From contig OX597814.1 of the NCBI GenBank assembly GCA_951406725.2, forward strand, positions 3,348,001 to 3,412,000: a stretch of 64,000 nucleotides of DNA, in the 5' to 3' direction. The DNA comes from Octopus vulgaris (Eukaryota). The stretch's first letter is position 1, and every line of letters starts with the position of its first letter. The translations under genes and the position numbers were made by a program. The notes beneath the pieces were generated by a model. It was not told the DNA's origin, did not search any database, and saw only the letters and a program-made list of their open reading frames with translations. This document shows positions 28,478 to 42,447 of the stretch, in pieces.

Positions 28478-28485
28478 CATTATTA
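27262..28485. repeat. Cluster of (ATT)n/(AAT)n triplet arrays of alternating polarity
   Basis: (ATT)n at 27262-27330, (AAT)n at 27411-27592, and degenerate (ATT)n at 27670-27845, 28045-28235 and 28420-28485. Confidence 0.9.
28236..28421 (-). mobile_element. Probable non-LTR retrotransposon 3' end inserted in an (ATT)n array
   Basis: A 186-bp complex sequence sharply bounded by ATT repeats on both sides. It resembles an interspersed repeat end I recall from octopus DNA. Class and strand are inferred. Confidence 0.55.
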
Positions 28486-28486
28486 T

Positions 28487-28711
28487 AAGGCGACGAGCTG
28501 GCAGAAACGTTAGCACGCTGGACGAAATGTTTGGCAGTATTTCGTCCGTCTTTACGTTCTGAGTTCAAATTCCGCCGAGGTCTTACTTTGCCTTTCATCT
28601 TTTCGAGGCTCGTTGAAATAAGTACCAGTGAAACACTGGGGTCGGTATAATCGTCTAACTCCTACCCCCCCCCCCCCAAACATTTCAGGCTTTGTGCCTA
28701 TAGTAGAAAGG
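28487..28711 (+). mobile_element. SINE family B, full length, followed by (ATT)n
   Basis: aaggcgacgagcTGGCAGAAACGttag...GAGTTCAAATTCc (A/B boxes), core gcctttcatc...aagtaccag, and end gtagaaaggattatt. Confidence 0.9.
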
Positions 28712-29348
28712 ATTATTATTATTATTATTATTATTTGTTTCTATTTCTTGCGGACGAAAATACCTTGTGATATTTTCTGAGTTCAAAAATCCCACCACAG
28801 CGAACATTATCCGTTATCTTTTCGGTTCGATAAAAAAAAAAATAACTGTCAAACAAGTACAAAGGTCAATGTACTCGACTGACCGCCATCACCTAAACCA
28901 TGCAGGCCTTGTGCCGAAATTACAAACCACCGCTACCACTACTACAACCACCACTACTACTACCACTACCACCTCCGCTACTACCACCACTGCTGCTACA
29001 GTATGAACTGTGATCAATTAAATAAAACTCGTTCAATTTCATTCCCTCACAGTAAACCTACTCACAGAACCATCACCAGGTTAACGTCGCCAACATCACC
29101 ATCTACATACAAGACAAGGTGTGTGTGTGTGTGTGTGCGTTATTGTGTGTATGTATGTATGTGTGTGTGTGCGTTATTGTGTGTGTGTATGTATGTATGT
29201 GTGTGTGTGTGGGTGTATTTCTAAAGATAGACAGAGTTACTTATAGATGCACATGTATATGTTTGTCTATGAATGTGTGTTTATGTGTGTTTATATCTGT
29301 ACATGTATAATATATGTGTGAGTGTGTGTATATACACGCACACACACA

Positions 29349-29390
<42 letters not shown>

Positions 29391-29464
29391 CTATCTATAT
29401 ATATACATATATATACATATATACTTATACACATGCATATAAAGACAATGAGACATTTGTATGT

Positions 29465-29564
29465 GTGTGTATGGTTGTCTGTGTGTTTTTTTTTGTGTGT
29501 GTGTGTGTGTGTGTATGTGTGTGTGAGTGTGTGTGTGTGAGTGTGTATGGTTGTCTGTGTGTTT

Positions 29565-29598
<34 letters not shown>

Positions 29599-29625
29599 TG
29601 TGAGTGTGTATGGTTGTCTGTGTGT
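29465..29625. repeat. Three copies of gtgtatggttgtctgtgtg within (TG)n
   Basis: Motif at ~29467, ~29543 and ~29606. Confidence 0.85.
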
Positions 29626-30100
29626 ATGTGTGTGTGTGTGTGTATGTGTGTGTGTGCGTGTGTGTGTGTGTGCGTGAGTGTATGTGTGTATGTGTGTGCG
29701 ACAATAAAATCCCAAGTGTCAAGCTACAATGAGAACAACTCGGAAATAATTGTCAAATGCGTTTAGTTTGTAATAATAAAATATTCTTTCTTTTTCCAGA
29801 ACTTCTTCGCGTTGGGTGTGAAATGTTGGCGTGGTGTGGGTGGATTGTCTCAAACTGACGTTTTGGGTTCGATTTATGACAGGAATTTATTAAATGTTTA
29901 TTTTCTTTTTGTGCATTTTCTAATTATCATTTTTAATAAGCTTCTTTGATTTAATATCATACATATAATATCTGATACCTTATTTATATGATCTGTTTAT
30001 ACGGCTTTTATATGTATTGTCGTTTCATCCCCCAGATTTCGATTGTTCAGCGCCTCCGAATGTCACATAAGTATGTGTACATGTGTGTGTGCGTGTATAA

Positions 30101-30149
<49 letters not shown>

Positions 30150-30150
30150 G

Positions 30151-30217
<67 letters not shown>

Positions 30218-30238
30218 GTATATATATATATTTATATG

Positions 30239-30275
<37 letters not shown>

Positions 30276-30286
30276 GTATATGTATA

Positions 30287-30323
<37 letters not shown>

Positions 30324-30330
30324 GTATATA

Positions 30331-30378
<48 letters not shown>

Positions 30379-30594
30379 TCACGCGCACATAAGTACGTAT
30401 GTACGCACACAAAAGACAAAAGTATAGACATAAATGTTTTAAGAGTGTGTGTGTGTAAGAGTGTGTGTGTGTGTAGCAGCTTCAAATTAGATACACTAAA
30501 TTTAATATATGTAGCTTTAATATGCTGTTGAAAATTCAAATTCATTTTATGTATGTGTGTGCACATGTTATATACCTGTAATTAATAATTTTTT

Positions 30595-30630
<36 letters not shown>

Positions 30631-30780
30631 GCTCTCATACATAGTATTTCATTATACGTGCACACAGACTGTGGGTGCAGCAAAACAGGCTCCAAGAAAC
30701 GCCATTCAACGCTTCAACAGTAGGCTTTTCTGCCGCATACATACACACACACAATCACAATATATATATACATGTATGTC

Positions 30781-30818
<38 letters not shown>

Positions 30819-30822
<4 letters not shown>

Positions 30823-30855
30823 ATCCAAACAAGAAAACACAAAAAAACACAACGC

Positions 30856-30858
<3 letters not shown>
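30819..30858 (-). mobile_element. 40-bp terminal fragment of the 53965-54152 element, embedded in (TA)n
   Basis: gttaatccaaacaagaaaacacaaaaaaacacaacgcgag matches the reverse complement of 54109-54151 apart from a small indel. Confidence 0.85.
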
Positions 30859-30916
<58 letters not shown>

Positions 30917-30984
30917 TTATACACACATACATATTTATATACACATCTATATACAGAAATATACACACATACACATATATACAT

Positions 30985-31036
<52 letters not shown>

Positions 31037-31947
31037 TACATGTATACACGCACGCATATAGGTATATACAAATAAATGAACACACACACACACACACACA
31101 TATACATACATATATATACACATACGTGTGTGTGTGTGTGTACTTGTATGTGTGTGAATGTATTATGTATATGCATATGGCTGTTTATTCTTATTTCTGT
31201 GTGGACACACGCCCAGCGCTCCATTTCATTTTTGCAGATATATAAACATTACCATATGCTACATTTATGGAGGGTTGTTCGCATGGTTGTATGGATGGTC
31301 ATATGGACGGTCGGTGGGGGTATATATATATGTGTGTGTGTGTGTATGTGTGTGTGAGTGTGTGTACATGTGTGTTTGCGTGTGTGTGTGTATATATCAT
31401 CTTAACGTATATCCGCACGCCTGTACACTATTCGGGTGTTTGAGATTCTATGTGTGCAGGTATGATGAAAATGTTCGCCCTTATGGAAATATTCCTTCCT
31501 TTCAGCTATTCTTATCCAGTGTGGTGCGGTCCCTTTGTTTCTAAACTAAACAGTTGATCACCTGAACAGATTTGAACCCGCATCTCTTCTGTATGAAAAT
31601 CTACGTGAAGTAGGTAACACTGAAATCTTCATAGAATATCCAAGAGTTATTTCCTTGTGATAACATCTTCGGCAAGGAGGACACACACAAGTTTTGGTAC
31701 GACGTAGAGACAACTCTGGATAAATGAGAGATCAACTACTGCATCTGATGATCCTGAGTCTAGATTTAAAAAAAGAAAAAGGCACCGTATTTGGTACTAA
31801 GTGATAGGGGTCAGTTGAGGAATTACCATAAATCTCAGTGCCAAACATTGGGATTAAGCATCTGTAAAATTTCCATACACATAAACATGTACACACACAA
31901 ATATATATAAATATATATACATGTATGCACACAAGCGCGCATATATA

Positions 31948-32155
31948 ATGGAGGAAGATGTTTCCAAGAGGCTCCTTGAGCTTTTGCGCTCCAAAATCCC
32001 AGATGAACCTACATCACGGCAAGGAACTCAAAATAGGGCAGCAATATATGATTCCCACCTTCACAAACACCCAGTCCATTAAGAATAACGATTGAAAAGA
32101 TGATGATACTGGTACTGCCCCAGCATGGTCGCAGCTATTGTGCGGAAATAATTAT
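31948..32155 (+). mobile_element. CR1-like LINE 3' end relic (ORF2 C-terminus plus tail)
   Basis: Translates ...LLELLRSKIPDEPTSRQGTQNRAA, similar to the invertebrate CR1-type end LDxFLxxIPDEP...RAAxSNS. It is followed by tgccccagcatggtcgcagc...gaaa, the tail shared with SINE A. Confidence 0.65.
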
Positions 32156-32158
32156 AAC

Positions 32159-32189
<31 letters not shown>

Positions 32190-32303
32190 GGGCGCGCGCG
32201 CACACACACACCTATATAAAAATATATAATACTAACGAGGAAGCACATATGTGTACGCGTGTGTAGATCCTATGCATGATTTACATATACATATTTAAAT
32301 ATG

Positions 32304-32342
<39 letters not shown>

Positions 32343-32388
32343 TATATATTTCTAAAGAATTTTATAGGAATATCTATCTATCTATCTA

Positions 32389-32459
<71 letters not shown>

Positions 32460-32613
32460 ATATACATACAAATATATGCATGTATATATTATATGGAGAC
32501 ATAGGTATCCATATATAGCTATATATATAGATATGCACATGTATGTATGTATATATGCATATAAATATATACAATTATATGCATATATATATGTGCATAT
32601 ACATATATATATA

Positions 32614-32648
<35 letters not shown>

Positions 32649-32747
32649 ATATACATGTATCTATATGTGTATATACATATATATATTCATATATACACGT
32701 ATATATATATATATGCATATGTATGTGTACATAAGTGTGTGTGTTTC

Positions 32748-32785
<38 letters not shown>

Positions 32786-32937
32786 TGTGTGTCTGTGTGT
32801 GCGTGTGTGTGTGTGGTTACAGCGATATTTGAAATTGCACAGGGAACTTCTCTTAGGTTTAAAACATTCATATCTCGGTTGGAAGAAGTGCATATACATA
32901 CATATATACACAAGCAAATAAATGAATAACTAAATAA

Positions 32938-32980
<43 letters not shown>

Positions 32981-32981
32981 T

Positions 32982-33048
<67 letters not shown>

Positions 33049-33094
33049 CAGATAGATAGATGGATAGATAGATATATAGATAGATAGATTGATT

Positions 33095-33125
<31 letters not shown>

Positions 33126-33429
33126 GGGTAGATATATATAGATAGATAGACAAGAAGATAAAGAGACAGACAGACAGACGGACGGACAGATAAAGCCCCC
33201 TGCAGTGTGGCGTTTGGCGAATGGGTGATTCGGATGTTGATGCCCTCATCTGCGTTGCTTGCGGCGATTTAGATTCATCGGAGATTCTTGATAGGCAGAG
33301 ATCCATTTTTTTTTTTTTTTGAAGACACCAAACATCGACAACAGGAGGCCTTTTCAGAGGATATTGAAGTACTGTGAACCTCGAAACCCAAGCTGTTGCA
33401 GTATCCGGTCCTTTGTCCTGATGGCAATG

Positions 33430-33508
<79 letters not shown>

Positions 33509-33512
33509 TATG

Positions 33513-33546
<34 letters not shown>

Positions 33547-33822
33547 TGTATGTATGTATGTATGTATGTGCATGTGTGTGTGTGTGTGTGTGCGTGTGTG
33601 TGTTGAAAATAGATAGATAGATAGATAGGTAGCTGATAGAAAATGGAATGAACAACAATCTATTTAAAATCACAATTGTTTCAACTCATTTTTACACCTG
33701 AAATACATTGGCGAGAACTTGCCTAATCATACATACAAGGTGTAAAATGCGAATCTTCAAGTGACATTTTAAATAAGTCTTTCTTAAGACCTTCTCTTCA
33801 TTTTCATTTCACTCAGATATAT

Positions 33823-33865
<43 letters not shown>

Positions 33866-34178
33866 TGTACACTGAATATACGTTAAAAAGTTCCTACGAG
33901 GAATTCGTGAGTGACAGCTTGTATGTAAATCTGTTTTCTATAACTAATGTTTTTATTTATTTGTAGATATTTCAGTATATATATAGCTTGTATTTATGAA
34001 TAAACAACTTAGGCATCCGCAAACGAATGGCCGAATATCTTCCATGGGCCTCCAAATGTATATTTACTTTCATATTTGTGCACATCCATATGCATATATA
34101 CATATATATATATGTGCTGTCTGCCTCTGTGATATATTCACAGAGGCAGACAGACAGAAAGATAGCTAGCTAGCTAGC

Positions 34179-34256
<78 letters not shown>

Positions 34257-34475
34257 TCTACAGAGATACACATATATAGCTTTGTAGCTATTATAGCCGT
34301 TTGATTGCGCCCATACTGCAGCAAAGCCTCTCAGATGTGTTTATGGCGACTTGTATACCTTGAAATATTAGATTTGGTTATGTCGATACGACTCTTAGGA
34401 ACAAAGCCACGCTTCACACAATTGGCCATAAACACAGCTTTCCTTGTCGTTCCATATAGAAAAATGTATATATGA

Positions 34476-34506
<31 letters not shown>

Positions 34507-34986
34507 TGCACGGGTATATATAAATATATAATAAAATATTCTTTTTTGAGGCACATGACATAAAGGTATAAAAAAATCAGAAAATATTCGGCAAAAATAC
34601 CTTTTCGGAAAAATTCGGAGCGTGCCCGTGGATGTATATACGCACATATGTGCATACATATTTAAACATATATATATAATATATAATATATATATATACA
34701 CAATATGTAAATTATATATGTATATATATTTATATAAAACATATATATATAATATATGTGTATACAAAATGTAAATTATATATATATATATATCGATATA
34801 TATGCATATATTATATGTGTGTGTGTAACATATGCATATATGTTTCAATGTATATACTATATCTAAATAATATAAATCAGATATATATATATAATATGCA
34901 TATATAATTAAATATATATACAAAATGTAGAGAATATATAAAAAAACATATGCATGTATATATATACGCATATGTATATGTGTATG

Positions 34987-35032
<46 letters not shown>

Positions 35033-35190
35033 ACATATAATTATGTAATATGCACGCTGCATATGAATATAATATTAAATGTATACAGGTATTATATATA
35101 TGAATTATATTTCTAGGTAAATTATTTATATACATATATACATATACGTATATATAATATGTATATATGCAAGCACTTGAATACATAAGC

Positions 35191-35221
<31 letters not shown>

Positions 35222-35456
35222 TTTTACATGTATACATATTTACCACTGCTTATATATGCTTAGATATAGATTTAATATACATATATATACATAAATAGAT
35301 ATGTATACACATGTATATATAATGTAGATACATGTATATGCTAATGTACGTATATGCATATATATTCATGTTTACATATAGATACATATGTATGATTAAA
35401 GCATATGTATATGTATATATATATATATCTATATATACATTAATATATATATATAC

Positions 35457-35487
<31 letters not shown>

Positions 35488-35570
35488 CATTAATATATAT
35501 ACACACATTAATATAAATATATATATCCAGTAATTAATATATACACCTACAAATATATATACACGCATTA

Positions 35571-35702
<132 letters not shown>

Positions 35703-35849
35703 GGATAGATGGATAGATAGATAGATACACACACAATAATATTATTTGATATGGACAGAAGTATGATATATTTTAACAAAAAGGAAATCTATAATTGTCA
35801 CTAGGTGTTAGAACACCTACACACACACACACACACACACACATACATA

Positions 35850-35898
<49 letters not shown>

Positions 35899-36734
35899 GT
35901 ATATTTCCTTTAAATTCTTCGTTGCCGAACCTGATTCTACTCCTGTCTCGAATTTCTAGATTTCTCTCTTGTGCTGAGTGTGAACGCAATTAATTAAGCA
36001 GAAATAAAAAGCCACCAAGAATACCATTTATTTGCGATCAGGGGGTAGTTACAACCCTAGGCTTACTGATACCTCTCATTTTTCCAACCTTCTTGCCATA
36101 TGATGGTTGAAAATCAAATTCTGCAGGGGCGGGTTTTGAACTCAGAACACAAGACGCTGGAATCAGACATTTTTAGTATAGTCCATCTATATATTACTTA
36201 TCTCTGTTTCTATCTAAGCATCTGTGCGCTTTTATATCTATGGACGCATTTGTATGTATATATATATATGCACATACATGCTGTTCAGTATATATACAAA
36301 TATTCTGCTTTCATACGTATAAACATGCACACTATATATACATATACATGATAAACTGGCAAAATGACCATTCCGAAATACAACGATATCTGTTTCAACA
36401 CACGATTTCACATAAAAAATCTTGCACAAAAAAAAAAATATATATATATATATATACACACCTTATATATAAATATATATAGAATCTTGGGTTACACCCT
36501 ATCAAACACACATACACGCACAAATAGATATATATATAACTTGCTATGAAACTGCAGAATTTTTTAAAATCTGGAAAAACATCAATTTATTTCACTATTA
36601 TTATTATTATTATTATTATCATTATTATTATTATGATTATAATTATTATTATTACTATTATTATTATTATGATTATGATTATTATTATTATTATCATTAT
36701 TATTGTTATGATTATTATTATTATTATTATTATG

Positions 36735-36781
<47 letters not shown>

Positions 36782-36791
36782 AATTTTCTTG

Positions 36792-37010
36792 AAGGCGGCG
36801 GGCTCGCTGACTCTTTTGTACGCCGGTCGAAATGCTTAGCTGTATTTCGCCCGTCGCTACCTTCCGAGTTCAAATTCCGCCGAGGACGACTTTGCCTTCT
36901 ATCCTTTCGGGGGGGTTGATAAATTAAGTACCAGTTGAGTACTGGGGGTCGATGTAATCGATTCAACCCCTCCGCTAAAAAATTCAGGCCTTGTACTTTT
37001 AGTAAAAAAG
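36792..37010 (+). mobile_element. SINE family B, full length, between ATT-rich arrays
   Basis: aaggcggcgggct...gagttcaaattccgccgagg...ataaattaagtaccagttgagtactgggggtcgatgtaatcga. Confidence 0.9.
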
Positions 37011-37406
37011 ATGGTTATTACTGAATCAACTAACACTTTCATGTAATTAATACTACTAATTATTATTATTATTATTAGCATTATTATCATTTCTGTTATG
37101 CTCATGCTCATTATGATCCGCATGTTTATTATCATTATTGTAATTACCATCATCATCGTTAACATTAATCATTATTAACTAGCAGAATTGTTGATGTTTC
37201 GTGAAAATGCCTGGCGTTACTTCCTGCGACTCCTACATATTCCACCCGGATAGATCTGTTCTTCTTAGATTCTTTCGACGCACCCATTCTTCAAACTATG
37301 GGAGTCGGGCATTACAAGAATATTTCCCGCTTATATATATCCTAAACGTTTCAGCTATGGGCTCTAATACTGGAGACGTCTATAGCGCACTATTGTGTCA
37401 CACCGG

Positions 37407-37450
<44 letters not shown>

Positions 37451-37568
37451 CCTTGTACGCGTATACCTATATGTATATATATATGTATGTATATATGAAT
37501 ATATATATATACATATATATATAAATATATATAGACATATATACGTATATAAATATATATATATATAT

Positions 37569-37599
<31 letters not shown>

Positions 37600-37672
37600 T
37601 GTATATGTACATACAGACATATATATACATATTTGAATATATATATAAATATAAATGAATATATACACATAA

Positions 37673-37743
<71 letters not shown>

Positions 37744-37791
37744 TGCATATATATATATGTGTGTGTTGGTGCAAACAAGAAAAGTACAACT

Positions 37792-37840
<49 letters not shown>

Positions 37841-37878
37841 AGTGTGTGTATACACACAGCTGCATATAGAAACGATGG

Positions 37879-37953
<75 letters not shown>

Positions 37954-38512
37954 GTATATATATATATATATATGTATGTATATATATATACATATATATA
38001 TATACATGTGTATGTATGTAGGTATGTTTTGTACATACGTAATATGATAATTATATATATATTACACCTTGGAGCATATAAGTTCTATGCAATGTATAAT
38101 GGAAGAAGTATATAGACTTATTCTTGTTTATGCTACCTGTGTATAAAAATAGCGACGATTACCTGATTACGGAGCCCAATACAAATACTGGGGTTGAGAC
38201 CTCTCTTATTATTATCATAATATTATATATGTGTGTGTGTATGTGTGTGTGTTTACAGAGATATATACGTATATATATACATATATATGTATATATACAT
38301 ATAAGTATATGTACATATATATATACGTAAATATAAACATATATATATATACACTTATATGTACATGTGTACATATATATATATATACATATATGTCTAT
38401 GCATATATATACATATATACATATATACACATATATACACATATATACACACATATATATATATATACATATAGATACATACACACATACACACATATAT
38501 ACCTACATACAT

Positions 38513-38543
<31 letters not shown>

Positions 38544-39238
38544 AATATATGTATATACATGCATATATAAACATTTATAAACATATACTTCACCATGGTT
38601 TAAATTTAGCCCTTGGTCAGACCTGCCTAGAAGGCCTATAGCAGCATTGCCTTTATATTTTAGACGGTGTACAGTACCCAAAGGCTATCATTTTTTTCAT
38701 TTTTATGATATATTTGGCTGATATTTCTAGCAGGTGAAGTAACTTAAGGCTGCAGGTCCCTAGGTACCCCCAGTTAGCTGAAAGTGGATCGCGTTTTATT
38801 TGCCCCTATACAGGCGGCCCCACCCGTTTGGTGCGCTGGGTTGCTACTTCATAAAAAAAATCCCCACCCACCCAACGACAGTGGTGCCCCCTGTTCATGC
38901 GTGTATAATTGATGCTAACATGTTTCCTTATGTCTTGTTTCGCGTCTAAAAGTACCTCTTACCCATTCCTACACCCCTATCCTCATACTTTATCTTCATA
39001 TTCTACATATCTACCTATTTACCAAACTATCTACCCACCTATCTATCCATCTCTCTTCCCGCCTACCTATCTCTACCTATCGCAGAACCATGGCAAAATC
39101 TGCTACAATTTCCATTATTTTCCCAACGTAAGTGTACAACAAACCATAAAGCTGTCGTTTAGGATAACTGTGTGCGCAACAACACCCACACTCACACACA
39201 CATATTTAAATGAATACGGTTATATATATATACATATG

Positions 39239-39298
<60 letters not shown>

Positions 39299-39557
39299 AG
39301 ATGGTGATTATGTGTGGGTATCTGAGTTATATTGTTTAACTCCTGTTTCTAGCAATTGTAAAAAATATATATATATATATATTAAATTGATGGATCCACG
39401 CACACACACATATATATATACATAGATATATGTATGTATGTATGTATATATATTTATATATATATATATATGTGTTAAATTGATGGATACACGCACACAC
39501 ACACACATATGAATACATATATATGTATATATATATATGTATGTATATAAGTATATA

Positions 39558-39716
39558 TACGACGGGCTTCTTCCAGTTTCAGATCCAGTTACAAGTATTT
39601 GGTCGGCCCGAGCCTATAGTAAAAGGAACACTTGGCCAAGGTGCCACGCAGTGGGGATGAACCAGGGATTATGTTATTGGGGAGCAAGCTTCTTACCGCA
39701 CAGCCACGCCTGCACC
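39558..39716 (-). mobile_element. SINE family A 5' part, followed by long (TG)n at 39723-39818
   Basis: gacgggcttcttccagtttc...acacttggccaaggtgccacgcagtggg...cttcttaccgcacagccacgcctgcacc. Confidence 0.85.
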
Positions 39717-39720
39717 TATT

Positions 39721-39822
<102 letters not shown>

Positions 39823-40017
39823 CATGTGTGTGCGTGTGTGTGTGTGTAATATTCCTAAATAAGAATATTACTGGCAATGAATTCAAAGTATCGGCCATTT
39901 AGAACATCGAGGGACTGCTTCACTTACCAAAAACTTCGAAGTCACAGTCAGTAATACTCTTGTTTAAGAATAATATATTTGTTCTCTACTTTTACATCGA
40001 TCATCAAATTCATGTAA

Positions 40018-40127
40018 AGGAGTGGCTGTGTGGTAAGAAGCTTGCTTCCCAACCACATTGTTCCGGTTTCAGTCCCTCTGCGTGTCACTTTTACTTTTGC
40101 CTTGGGCCGACTGAAAAAACCCGTCGC

Positions 40128-40203
<76 letters not shown>

Positions 40204-40420
40204 CTCTGGGTATCTGTGTTTGTCCCCCTCCTGTCATCGCTTGACAACTGATGTTGGTGTGTTTACGTCCCCGTAAACTAGCGTTTCGCCAAAAGAGAAC
40301 CGACAGAATAAGTACTAGGCTTAGAAAGAATAAGTCCTGGGGGTCGATTCGTTCGACTAAAAGCGGTGCTCTAGCATGGCCGCAGTTAAATGATTGAAAC
40401 AATTCAGAGATTAAAAGAAT
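40018..40420 (+). mobile_element. SINE family A with internal deletion
   Basis: Head ggagtggctgtgtggtaag, internal TA/TG run, body, and tail gcggtgctctagcatggccgcagttaaatgattgaaac. Confidence 0.9.
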
Positions 40421-40503
40421 TACAGAGAGAGAGAGAGAGAGAGATACACAAACACACTCGTTCACATATAATCACATATATGCGTGGCATAAGAGTGCGC
40501 ACG

Positions 40504-40646
<143 letters not shown>

Positions 40647-41176
40647 AGTATATTTAAACACTGTCATACACTCACAGAAAAACTTGAAGTAAACTCAATG
40701 GCTATGGGATCGAATATTTTCAAAATGTGTGTGTATATATCTATCCAAATATATACATATGTGTGTGTGTGTATGTGTACGCGTGTGTGTGCGTGTGTGT
40801 AATTGCGCGAGCATCCGCGCAGATCTGAATATACTTGAATTGATAGCCTGACAAAGTGAAAGTACATCAGCAAGATTCTATCACACACACACAATATATA
40901 TATGTGTGTGTGCGTGTGTATGTGTGTGTAGCTCTGGAATGAAATTGCCTTCGCGGGTGCAAACCCTGGACCGAAAAGCTTTTATCAAGATTTTATTGTT
41001 TTAATTCATATATTTTTGTAGTTTGAGAAGAAAACTAACTTTGAGCTGCTTTTCACAGATCACTTTTCGCGCAACATTTTCTAAACCTGAGAAAAGAAAG
41101 TAGCGGAGCAAATCTTGATTCTGCACCCCACAAAATCTTTTAGACGTGCTTGCATTCCCTGCCCCCGCTGTTTCCG

Positions 41177-41332
41177 GGCCCAAGAGTGGCTGTGTGGTTA
41201 GAAACTTCCCAACCACATGGTTTGGGTCCAGTCCCCACTGCCTGACACTTTGGGCAAGTGTCTTCTACTAGAGCCTCGGGCCCACCAAAACCTTGTGAGT
41301 GGATTTCGTAGACGAAAACTGAATGAAGTCCG

Positions 41333-41397
<65 letters not shown>

Positions 41398-41611
41398 TTT
41401 GGGCGTGTGTCTGTGTTTGTCCCCACTGTAGAGCATTACAACCGATGTTGGTATGTTTACGTCCCTGTAACCTAGCAGTTTGGCAAAAGAGGCCGACAGA
41501 ATAAGTACTAGGCTTAGAAAGAATAAGTCCTAGGGTCGATTTGCTCGACTAAAAGACAGTGTTCCAGCATGGCCGCAGTCATATGACTGAAAGTAGTAAA
41601 AGAATAAAGAA
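41177..41611 (+). mobile_element. SINE family A, full length (left arm of tail-to-tail pair)
   Basis: Head, CORE-like segment, internal microsatellite, body and tail are all present. Confidence 0.9.
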
Positions 41612-41631
41612 TATATATATATATATATATA

Positions 41632-42093
41632 TTCTTTTATTCTTTAACTACTTTCAGTCATTTTACTGCGGCCTTGCTGGAGCACCGCCTTACGAGATTT
41701 TAGTCGAACAAATCTACTGTAGGATTAATTCTTTGTAACCTTAGTACTTATTCTGTCGGTCTCTTTTGCCAAACCGCTAAGTCCTGTAGACGTTAAGTTT
41801 ACTTCTTTTGGTTAAGCATGTGTGCGTTATGTTTAAACGCACCAGCATCGGTTGTCAAGCGATGGTGATGGTCATGGGGGACAAACACAGAGACAAACAC
41901 ACAAATATATACACACATACATATATATAAACGACGGGCTTCTTTCAGTTTCCGTCTACCAAATCTACTCACAAGGCTTTGGTCGGCCCGAGGTTATAGT
42001 GGAAGACGTTTGCCCAAGGTGCCACACAGTGGGACTGAACTCGGAAACCATGTGGTTGTGAAGCAAACTTCTTGCCACACAGCCACGCCGGCA
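41632..42093 (-). mobile_element. SINE family A, full length (right arm of tail-to-tail pair)
   Basis: Inverted counterpart of 41177-41611, with a ~45-bp insertion near 41790-41835. Confidence 0.9.
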
Positions 42094-42118
42094 CACACAC
42101 ACATATATATATAGATAG

Positions 42119-42198
<80 letters not shown>

Positions 42199-42359
42199 TT
42201 TAAGTATATATGGATAAACGCAAACATCACTATATTGTCAAATCCGTTTTGCATCCGCGTGGAATCATGTTCGAACCTAGGTCACAGCACCACGGCCGAA
42301 ATAATTCCAACTCACTGTTTCCATGTGAATGGAACACAACTAGTCATTTGCATTCTATC

Positions 42360-42447
<88 letters not shown>

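Noticed and set aside
33200-33305. Possible exon after ccccctgcag ([20 protein letters not shown]...)
   Set aside because: There is no recognisable homology, no donor site, and only a weak polypyrimidine tract.
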